In this document: positions 51,659-62,592 of the stretch, in pieces | Position numbering within the stretch: position 1 is the stretch's first letter | Layout of the letters: every line of letters starts with the position of its first letter | Assembly: GCA_043228905.1 (NCBI GenBank) | Contig: JBHGNT010000017.1 | Location: 7,936,001 to 8,000,000, forward strand | Reading direction: 5' to 3' | DNA: 64,000 bases | Source of the DNA: Azolla caroliniana | Lineage: Eukaryota > Plantae > Polypodiophyta | Notes under the pieces: model-generated | Database searches by the model: none | The model's input: only the letters and a program-made list of their open reading frames with translations | What the model was told of the DNA's origin: nothing | Program-made: the position numbers and the translations under genes

Positions 51659-54600
51659 TGTTGGGAAATCGGTCTCTCCGGATGGGATCCGATGATGAAT
51701 AAAGAGGACCCGGTGAGAACCAGAAGAGAGCTAGTGATAACCAGAAGAGATCCGGAAACCGGAGGAGACCCAGTGAGAACCAGAAGAGAAGACATATCTG
51801 TAAATCTATTTTGAGTAAGCCTATTGAGGCTATATTTGTAAATAGCCCTAAGTTCATATAAGTATAAATATGACTTAGGGCAATCACTTTGTAAGTGATA
51901 AGGTCGTAGTCGTCATACTGTTGTAACTGTTGTACAGAAGAAACGATAGAGAGGGAGAGAGATATACAGAGCGATACTCTGTTGTAACCGCCGGTTGGCG
52001 AAGAAACCGAGCTCGAGGTCGATGCCTACGAGTCTCTGATTGTACCCCTTGTCTTCATAGTGATAGTTCGGAGTTTGTGGGCTCCCGTGGTTTTTCCCTA
52101 TTAGGTTTTTCCACATCAACATCTTGTGTTCACTCTTTAGTTCTCATTTCTGTGTTCTCCATTCTCATCGAAGTGTTCAAGGCTTGGTTGTGGCCAAGCG
52201 ATATTCCGCGTTTTTCTCATCAAACTAGTATCAAAGCAAACAACACAGAAAATGGAAGAATCATTCGACGGCATGTTCAAGCTCACCGGCTCCAACTACT
52301 CAATGTGGAAGTTGAAGATGAGGGATATGTTGGTGGTCAAAGATCTTCGGTTGCCGGTTCAGTTCGGGGACAAGAGACCGGATAAGATTGACGCCATAGT
52401 GTGGGATGTGATGCACATGAAGACGACGGCATACAGAAAATGGAAGAATCATTCGGCAGCATGTTCAAGCTCACCGGCTCCAACTACTCAATGTGGAAGT
52501 TGAAGATGAGGGATATGTTGGTGGTCAAAGATCTTCGGTTGCCAGTTCAGTTCAGGGACAAGAGACCGGATAAGATCGATGCCATAGTGTGGGACGTGAT
52601 GCACATGAAGACGACGACATACAGAAAATGGAAGAATCATTCAGCGACATGTTCAAGCTCACTGGCTCCAACTACTCAGTGTGGAAGTTGAAGATGAGGG
52701 ATATGTTGGTGCTCAAAGATCTTCGGTTGCCGGTTCAGTTCGAGGACAAGAGACCGGATAAGATCGACGCCATAGTGTGGGACGTGATGCACATGAAGAC
52801 GACGGCATACATGTGGTGCTTCATCGACATGAGCATGTACAACAACTTCAATGAAGAAAGTAAGGCTCATGAACTCTGGGAGAAGATCGGCATCATGTTC
52901 CAGAAAAAGAATGCTATTAACCGGGATTCGGTATTACGGAAACTAGTGAGGCTCCAGTACCAAGACGACTCCAACATGGCGGAGCACATGAATGCCTTCC
53001 AGGGGCTAATACATCAAGCAACCTCGTTGGAAGTACCTCTCGCCGATGAGGTACTAGCATTCCCCTTGCTCGGTTCCCTCCCGGATAGCTAGGAGACGTT
53101 AGTGGTCACGTTGGGCAACGCCGGGCCGGAAGGAAAACAGTTGTCCCTAGCAAGGGTAAAATCAAGCCTGCTAGATGAAGAAGCTCGCCGGAAGGACCGG
53201 GAGTCTAGAACCAATCCGAAGGCCTTGGTCACGGAAGATGACCACAACCGGGGAAGAGGCCGATATCTGAGTCCCCAAAACCGGGACAAATCGGGGACGA
53301 GGTCGAAGTCAAGGGCGAAGCCCACGTGCTTCTATTGCGGGAAGCCCGAACACTTCCAGAAAAACTGTCGGCATTTCCAAAAGGAGAAAGAAACCGGCAC
53401 TACCAATTCGAAGAAGAGTTCAGACCGAAACGGTTTGGACCGGAGAGGCCCGGATCAGAAAGGAACGTCGGCAATCGTGACTAGTGAAGAAGAACTGATG
53501 CTCATTACCGAAGAGAATGAGTTAAACCTTGTCGGCGACAAGACAACATAGTTTGTCAATTCCGGAGCGTCGTTCCACCTGACACCAGATCAGAAATGCT
53601 TCTCATCCTACATAGCCAGTGATCATGATTGTGTCCGGATGGGGAATGAAGGCACATGCCGAATTATCAGCATAGGAGATGTTTTGTTGACGACATCAAC
53701 CGGATGCAAATTGTTGTTGAAGGATGTCCGACACATTCCGGAGGTTCAACTGAACCTGATATCAGCCGGTCGGCTAGATGATGAAGGCTACACGAGTAGC
53801 ATCCGAAACGGTGTTATGAAGTTCAGTAAGGGAAGCTTGATAGTGGCTCGAGCCCGGAAGATCAACACATTGTACTTGATGAATGCCAGGATATGCCGGG
53901 AAGAACTGAACGTAGCATCCGACACTGCCGGTGAGTTGTGGCACAAAAGACTATGTCACATGATTGAGAAGGGGATGAAGAGGCTTGCCGAAGACCACCT
54001 CATTCCGGTGAAGGACGTGCAACTTGAGAAGTGCACCAATTGCTTGGCCGGCAAGCAAAACCGCACCTCCTTCCGGTCAAGACCACTGATGAGATGGAAT
54101 GCACCACTGGAGTTGGTGCATACTGATGTGTGTCAAGTGGACACGAAGTCACATACTGGATCGTAGTACTTCGTGACATTCATAGATGACCACAACCGGA
54201 AGTTATGGGTCTCACCATTGAAGACGAGGGATCAGGTGTTATCCGTCTTCAAGGAGCTCCACGTGAGAGTAGAAAGAGAAACCGGCCGAAGGCTGAAGGC
54301 AGTTCGAGCAAATAACAAAGGAGAATACCAGGGGCAGTTCGAAGAGTACTGCCGGTCGAAGGGAATCCGGCTCGAGTTTACTGTGCCGAAGACGCCGGAA
54401 CTAAATGGGTTGGCCGAAACGATGAACCAGACCATAATGGAGAGAGTTCGGAGCATGCTAGCACATGCAAAGTTACCCAAGACATTTTGGGCTGAGGCAC
54501 TAACGACGACGACCTATGTGATAAATAGATAACCCTTAGCACCCTTGGACGGAGACTCACCTCAGAATGTATGGACCGGTAAAGACGTATCTTACCGGCA

Positions 54601-55769
54601 TCTGAAGGTGTTTGGGTGTCTCACATATGTGCATCTTGCAAATGACAAGAGAGCATAGCTAGATCCGAAGTTCAAGACATGCATATTCCTTGGATACGGT
54701 GATGATGAGTTCGGTTATCGGGTGTGGGATCTGGTTGACAAGAAGATGTTCCGGAGTTGGGACATAGTCTTCATGGAAGACAGGACCATTGCCGACTGGG
54801 ATTCAGAGAAGAAGGTGATGAACTCCGGATCATTCAATGAAAATTGGCTCGAGGACACAAGGACTTACCCGGTTGAAAACCGGACGCTAGTCGGTAACCG
54901 GATGACACTCGATGAACCGGCCGGATATGGACAAGAAACAAAACTGACCAAAGAAGAAGAAGAAGAAGAAGAAGACACCAGAACCGGACAAGTTCCCGAA
55001 TCGGATGAGGATGAGGAACAAACGGAGGAACCGGCAGTCAGAAACCAGGGATAGAGATATCCTCTCCGAGAGAGAAGATCCCCCCGGAGATTTCCAGATG
55101 CAGAGCATGTGTTGGTAACCGATGAGGGGGAGTAGGAAAGTTTCAAAGAATCAAAGAGAGACACCCACGGCCGCAAGTGGATGAGTGCCATGCAGGATGA
55201 GATGGATTCCTTGCATGAGAACCACACATATGAACTGACGAAGTTGCCGAAAGGGAAGAGAGCACTCCAGAACAAGTACGTGACAAGTTGAAACCGGGAG
55301 ATGCCAGAAATCCACCCAGGTATAAGGCTCGAATCATGGTGAAGGATTTCCAACAGAAGAAAGGAGTGGATTTCGATGAGATCTTTGCCTCGGTAGTAAA
55401 GATGACCTCCATCCGGACGGTATTGGGCATAGCAGCAAGCATGGACCTCGAGGTAGAGCAACTGGACGTGAAGACGGCATTCCTCCATGGTGACCTTGAA
55501 GAGAAGATCTACATGCATCAACCTAGTGTGCCGGCTGAAGAAGAGCCTATACGGTTTGAAGCAAGCTCCCTGGCAATGGTACCGGAAGTTTGACTCTTTC
55601 ATGACCGACTAAGGGTACCACAAGACGCAGGCAACATCTGGATGCTGAAGAAGGCCCTAAACCGGACCTTCTCAATGAAAGACTTGGGTCCGGCAAGACA
55701 GATATTGGGAATGCACATCATCCGGGACCAGTCGAAAAAATTGTTGTGGTTGTCACAGGAAAAGTACGT
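51659..55769 (+). mobile_element. Copia element B5 (5' LTR through RT), interrupted by gypsy E
   Basis: LTR 51659-52222 and degenerate PBS at 52226. Gag, protease, integrase and RT fragments match B1. Cut at LSQEKYV|. Confidence 0.92.
52245..52808 (+). repeat. 188-bp tandem triplication of the gag start
   Basis: ATGGAAGAATCATTC occurs at 52252, 52440 and 52628. Confidence 0.95.
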
Positions 55770-57006
55770 TGTCGTGAAGAAAACTGCCCAGAAGTGGAAT
55801 CGGCGAAGCAGGGCGCATGAACCGGCCCTACACTTTTCCACACCAATTAATACCTTGAGCATAACTAGGAGTAGGACGGTGGGTGCAAATACACTAGATG
55901 TGACGCATTGAATGTCTTGGAAATCAAAGAGTATCTCTATCCGAAAGGACAGAGAATAAATTGATGAAATGAGGGTGCAACGACTTGCCTCGACAGCCTA
56001 TAAAAGGGAAGGAAGAAGGCGGATGAAGGAATGGCATTGAGGAGAGAGGACGAAGTGTTGTCAGATTGGGACCAAGCTCTCTCCTCCATCATTTGTCATT
56101 CTCTGTAGGATTTTGGACTAAGTTACCTCTGCTTCATGGACGGCCCGTGTGCTTTCGGTAGAGGCTCCACAGTGCAGTCAGGGTTGTGTGTGGGTGTTCG
56201 CCTGAGTTGGGTCTGTTGCCGGCTTGCTAGCTGTAATCGTTATTGATTTTGTAATTAAGACTTTGTTCTCTCTCTTTTCCTCCCTCTGTGTTTCTACAAG
56301 CTGTGCTCTCTCTCCCTTCGTTCTCACGCTCCTTGGTTCAAGGCCCCTGCGGTCCTGCCTCTTTCCGCACGCTGTCGTGAAGAAAACCGTCCACAAGCGG
56401 AATCGGTGCACAGGAGCGTAGGAACCGGCTCTTCTCGAATGTTGTCCATAGAAGGTCCTAGGCGGGTAGATTTAGTGGGTAGGAAGTAAAGGGGAAATGG
56501 CTCCTTCCTTGCCTATAAAAAGGAGGGAGACGAGAAGGGAAAGGGATCGCGGAGAGTCGAGGATGAAGTGTTGTCGGTTTGCGTGCGAAGGCTTCTCTCT
56601 CTCTCTCTGGTTCGCAAACTCCATAGCTTGCTTTTGTGCAGGTTTCGGGAGGCTCGCGCTGCTCTGAGGAATGCCCGAGTGCTTCCGGCAGCACCTCCAA
56701 CCTGCTCCTGTCTTTCTGTGCGTTTACGAACAGGCATCGGCATCTGTTCGCCGGCCTGTTCGGTTGTAACTGACTTCGTGGTTTTGTTGTCTTCGTGTTC
56801 TTGTTGTTTGTCTTTGTTAATACATACATACATTTGTGTCTTTCTGTGTCGCTGTCCCACTTGCGTCTTTGCGTCGAAGGGCCGTGTCCCTGTGGATCTA
56901 CGCTCGCACGTAGAGGGTCTCTTCTCCTTCCTCTCTTGCTCTTTGGTACAGGACCCCCGAGGTTCCGCCTCATTCCACGCATCCGCGAGGAATACCTCGA
57001 CATCTT

Positions 57007-57024
57007 TGGTGAACCCGACGTGAA
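57007..57024 (+). promoter_or_regulatory. Primer-binding site complementary to the tRNA-Trp 3' end
   Basis: TGGTGAACCCGACGTGAA, 4 nt after the LTR. It is complementary to the plant cytosolic tRNA-Trp 3' end (…UUCACGUCGGGUUCACCA, from recall). Confidence 0.85.
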
Positions 57025-57045
57025 AGAGGCGGCAGAAGAGCAGAA

Positions 57046-59098
57046 GATGAAGGGGTCGGATCTTGCAGAGGCCATGGCTTCGGCCGTGGATCGGATATTG
57101 AGTGCACGCGAGGGCACCGGCGCCCTCGACAGAGCAATTGAGGCGGTCGTCGGTACGATCGGCCGGTTCAGTGGAAAGGATGCCACGAAGTATTTGGCGT
57201 CCTACGGGGCAGAAATGCTGATGCGGGACATTCCGGAAGAGAGGCGTCTCGTCGGGTTTCCTCGAGTAGCGATGCCGAGCATCCATGCGGAGGTGCTCGA
57301 GGTGCGGGCGGACAGTCGTACCTGGGAGGAGTTCGAAGGCCGACTCCTAGAAAAATACGGGCTGGACGACACGCTCCGGCTTTCGAAGCGGGACTTCATG
57401 GAATGGGTGGAGTCCCCCGGCAAGGGAAGAAACACGTCGGCACTCCTCCGGGAGTTCGAAGAACTCTTTGCGCGCCTTTCTGCGCTTGACCGAACCGTTC
57501 TGGATACGAGTCGGGTCCTACTGTTCGTCAAGTCGGTGGACGAGCGGGACCGGGATCAAGTCGGCTCCTTGCTAGAAACCGAGGACGGGCTGACAACCGA
57601 CTGGGCTGCGGTTAAGAGAGTCTGTGGCCGTTTCGATAAACGGCGGGAATGGGCTGACAACGGGGCGGCCGGTGCGGGGTCTGTCACAGCAAGGAGGCTT
57701 GAACCGGCACCACAAGTACGAAGGGAAGAAACCCGGGAATGGCTCGAAACCGGTCCGGCTTCGACCGGCATGGTCAATGGCTCGTCCGGAGGAGCAGCGC
57801 TGGAGGAGTTGACGCGGGCGATAAAGGATCTCCAGATCGCCCAGACTCAAAGGGAAGGCGGCGAACCGGCTCGTGACCGACGGCCGGCAGCGGGGAACAA
57901 GTGCATGTGGTGTGACGAGGTCGGCCACATTCGGAAGGACTGCGGCGATTTCGCAGAGGCGTTGAGGAACCGGGTGGTGTACCTGTGGGAAGGCCGGGTG
58001 CACGCCAGCGACACCAGGAGGGCCCTGAACCGAAACGACGGGCGAGGAGGTATGAAGAGACTGATGGAAGAGGCAGTGGCCCGACACGTAGAGGCCATCC
58101 ACTACTCAGCGTCGGCCGGAATTCGGGTCGGGGGCAGCGAGGCCCGAACAAAGGGCAAAGACGGATTCTGGTCGGCAATGCTGGGAGGTCTTGCCGGCGC
58201 ACGGCTAAGGAAAGATGAAACGGACCACGCTGAGAGACGGGTTCGGGAAATAACCGGGTGGAACGATCCGGTCGAGGAGAAGACGGGCTTCATAGAAGCC
58301 GCCTGCCAGAACTACAAGGCTCACAACGGTACGAGACCCGATTCGGGCAACGACGGAACAATGCCGGCAGGTCCAGCTAGCAAGATAACCCCAGGAAGGG
58401 TGGATACCGATTGGGGACGGAAATAGAAAGGACTACGGACCTACGAAAGGTCCTAGAAGAACGTATCCGTAGTCATTGCGGGAGGTGCTAGGGATCGCCA
58501 AGAAGGAGTTCCACGACTCCATTGTAGACTTGGTGAAACGGAAGAGGCTGTCGACGGAGACGGAACCGGAAAGACCGGTAGAGGTGCGGACGACGCACAT
58601 CGACGACTCGGCGCTGGCAGATGAGTGGGCGGAGAGCCACTATTCGAGGCCACACTGGGCCCGAGCGACCACGGAGACCCCGGTAAAGATCGGAGATGTT
58701 CAAGAACCGGTGGTGGCATTGGTGGACCACGGTTCGGAAATAAACCTGATGTCCATGGACTTCTATAAGAAGGGGAAGTGGCCGATCAACACCAAGCACG
58801 GGCGGCGACGCGCGCCACCGAGGAACTGCATGGGGCCTGCCCGAACGTGCGAGTCAAGATCGGCGACGTCGAAATTGACCAGCACTTCTTCGTACAGGAG
58901 ACGTCCTCGCACCCGGTCATATTAGGTGAACCATACATCACGGCGGCGCGGATGGAGACCAAAGTGCTAGACAACGGTTCGGCCTACGCAAGGGTCAAAA
59001 GCCAGGACGGTCGCCATTCGGTCCAATTTCTGACCGTGAGACCGAACCACGAGCGGAACCGCGAATCCCTCAGTGGCGAGAACCGGGAGGATTTTTAG
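57046..59098 (+). pseudogene. F ORF1: Gag, CCHC knuckle, DUF4100-like region and aspartic protease
   Basis: CMWCDEVGHIRKDC, REVLGIAKKEFHDSIVDLVKRKR, ALVDHGSEINLM and VILGEPY. Small frameshifting deletions relative to D. Ends GENREDF*. Confidence 0.88.
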
Positions 59099-62000
59099 AG
59101 AGGGCTGCCAAGGCATGGGGCCGAGACAGTCCGGACACTCGGGAAAGACCCCACAGCTGTACGATAGAACCGAAACCGAAGAAACCTTGTATGATAGGTA
59201 GAAAATTCTGCTTCTCTGGCAACGGAGGATGTATGATAGTCGGCATCGTTGGCCGAGAAAGGGCAAGGGCAGAGGAGTGACTTCGAGCGTGCGGAGTTCT
59301 CGGCCCGGACGAGGAAATCAGCGGAGCCGTGGAGGCGGTCTCCTTCGACGACACCTTGGGAATGCTGAGGAAAGTAGCCGGAGAAGACCTTAACGAAGAC
59401 CGGACGATACCGGTATGTTCCGAAGAGATGTACGAAGTCATCGCGAACTTCAGTCGGGGGCTCGGGTCGGATCAGACGGCCCGAGTTAGCACGAAGTACA
59501 AGACTGTGGACCGGAAGGTAAGGCCAGTCGTGGCACCCTTGCTGGAGGGCAACGAGTCCCGAATCAGAGGGGTTGCGTCGGACCCCAGTTTGCGAGATCC
59601 GGCCTGCATAGGACACACCTTCACCGAAGGGACTCTCCGGGAGCTCAAGATCGGTGGGGGCGGGTTCCTACTGCCGGCGGAGGAAGACCGGTTTCGGAGA
59701 ATGCTCGGAAGGCATGGGAAAGCCTTCGCATTCTCGCCGGAAGAGATCGGGTGCGTAGACCCGACAATCGTGGAGCCGATGGTGATATTCACGGTACCGC
59801 ATGTGCCGTGGAATCTCAAGCCGATTCCGGTACCAAGAGCTCACATCCCGGAGTTGATGGAGCTACTGACACAGAAAGTCGATATGGGTATTCTCGAACC
59901 GTCGAGCGCGCCATACTTGAACCGATGGTTTACCGTACCAAAGAAAAACGGAACATTGCGCTTCATTCAGGACCTGCAGCCGGTCAACAGAGTGACCATT
60001 CGGAACGCAGGAATCGGACCGACCATAGATGAGTTCGCGGAGGCCTTCGCCGGAAGGTCGATTTACTCAGTCGGTGATCTGTACTCGGGGTACGACCAGT
60101 TCCAGCTAGCCGTGGAGAGCAGAGACATTACGACGATGCGAACTCCCCTCGGCCTAGTGCGAATGTGTACCCTGCCACAAGGAGGGACCAACTTGGTGGC
60201 CCACATGGTGAATGCAATGAACAAGGTACTGAGGGATTGCATCCCGGACATCACCATGCCGTTTCTAGACGACATCCCTATCAAAGGGTGCCCGGTGGAA
60301 GAGAAGGACGAGACAGTCGGGCCAGACGGATGCCGGCGATTCGTGGCAACACACATCGGTGACTACGAGAAGGTGCTACAAAGGCTAGAGGATGCGAGGC
60401 TCACCTTCTCCGGGGAGAAATCGGCCTTCGGGCAATCGGAAATCCTGGTGGTCGGACACCTATGTGGACCATATGGTCGGAAGCCGTCTCCGGCAAAGGT
60501 AGAAGCCATTTCCGCGATGAAGACCGACTGTAGCTCGGTTACGGAAGTTCGGAGGTTCCTAGGGGCATGCTCATTCTACCACATATGGATCCCGCATTAT
60601 GCCCACGTTGCGGAGCCGCTATACGGGTTGCTGAAGAAAGGGCGAAAATTCGAGTGGCGAGACGAGCACACGGAGTCGGTCCAGAAGCTGAAGGAAGCTC
60701 TTGCGGCAGCACCGGTGCTCCGGAAGGCTGTCTACGGGAAGGGTACCCCGGTATACATAACAGTGGATACGAGTCCGACCGGGATCGGATGGGTCGTCAA
60801 CCAAGAGGACAAGAACGGCATTCGGTTCCCGATCCGATTCGGCGCGAAGGTTCTCAGTGAACGACAGCGAGGGTACGCCCAGGTTAAACGTGAACTCTAG
60901 GGTATCGTTTCGGCAGTAAAGGCCGACAAAGACTACTTGATCGGGACATAAGTGGTTATCAAGACGGATTGCCTGCCGATTCTCGGCATGGTTTCCGGAT
61001 GCGCGACACCGGACCTGGCGATGCTCCGGTGGATAGCGTACATCAAGTCCCTGGACCCGGAAATACGGCACATTTCCGGAAAGGACAACGCCATGGCCGA
61101 CATGCTTTCGAGGGCAAGGTTTGATGATGAGGGCGGCATGGTTTCGGAGGACGAAGAAGTCGGCGTGGACTTCTTCGAGGCAGCGTACGTAACGGCCGAT
61201 GGGGTGAGCACTCCGGCACTTAACGACTTCGACGAGAGCAAGTACGACGGCGAGTGGCTCCAGATCGGTGGGTTTTTGAGGAAGATGACGCCGGATGCGT
61301 CATGGACGAGGGACGAGGCAAACCGGATCCGGAAGAAAGCATACCGATTCTTTCTCCGAGAGGGATACTTATGGAAGCACCCGAAGAAGAGGAACGGCGT
61401 CCCGCTCCGGGTGGTGGCGATGAAGGAAGAACAGGAGGAGCTGCTGACAGCCTACCACGACAGCCCTTGGGCTGGACACCGTGGAATGTGGGCCACGTTC
61501 GAGAAGATAAAGGGGAAGTACTGGTGGCCGGGACTGTACCGGGACGTGCATCAGTTCGTGACAACTTGCGAGAGCTGTCAGATGCACTCCATAGTCCGGC
61601 ATCGGGACGAGCTTCACCCTACGTACCCTCTGACCATCCACTTCAAATGGATGGTAAATCTGGTGACGATGCCGATGGGCGTAGGACAGATGCGGTATCT
61701 GGTCCTGGCTCGGGAAGATCTGACGAACTAGGTGGAAGGCCGAGCCCTTCAGAACAAAACGACCGCGGCCGTATGTCGGTTCCTAATCGAGGACGTGATA
61801 TGCCGGTACGGGTGCGTCAAGAAGATCATGGCTGATCGCGGGGAGTTGGACGCCGAAGAGGCCGAGGAACTGTTCGACCGGCTAGGAGTCAAGCTTTCGC
61901 TTACCACTGCGTATAATCCGGAGGCGAATGGGAAGGTGGAGCGCGGACACGGACCGATCGTCAAGGCGTTAGTTCGGGCATGCAGAGGTCAAGTCGGGAA

Positions 62001-62592
62001 CTGGCCGCGGTTGTTGCTTTACGCGTTGTGGGCGGACCGAACTACGCACAGTTCGGTAACCGGATTCATGCCGGCAGAACTCATGTTTGGGCAGAAGCCG
62101 GTCATGCCGATGGAACGTACGATCTCCTCGTGGGCAACCGTGGACTCGAGAGACGAGATGAACTGGGAGGAGCTGCTGGCGGCCCGTATACGACAGCTCG
62201 AGCGAAGACCGGAGGACGTGGAGCAGGCTGCGAAAAAGCTTCGGGAAGCAAGGATGAGGAACAAAGCCCGGTTCGACCGAACGCACCGGCTCCGACTGAA
62301 GAAGATCGAGGAAGGCGACTAGGTGCTAGTCTATGACAGCAGCCTTGACAACCAGCACCGAGCGACACGGAAGTTCGCAAGAAGGTGGTTCGGGCCTTAC
62401 GTGGTACAAAGCGCCAACGACAACGGGACGTACCATCTGGCGGAACTCGACGGTACGAGAATGGCGATACCGGTAGCGGGGAAGCGGATCAAAGCGTTCA
62501 AGAAGCGTCACGACGACGAGCCGGATCCGGTTGGCCTGGACCGCGACGACGAACGATCGGAAACCGAGGAAGAACCGACGGGCAGGGAATGA
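59089..62592 (+). pseudogene. F ORF2: RT, RNase H and integrase in the -1 frame
   Basis: LRFIQDLQ, DLYSGYDQ, PFLDD, VDTSPTGIG, zinc finger H…GH…CESC, ADRGE…NGKVERGH and WFGPY. One frame with point stops only. Confidence 0.92.

Noticed and set aside
56458-57286. Long antisense and alternative-frame ORFs over F/D LTRs and gag (also 13874-14716, 35113-35841, 46431-47216, 62766-63506)
   Set aside because: They are shadows of GC-rich or purine-biased retroelement sequence with no recognisable domains.
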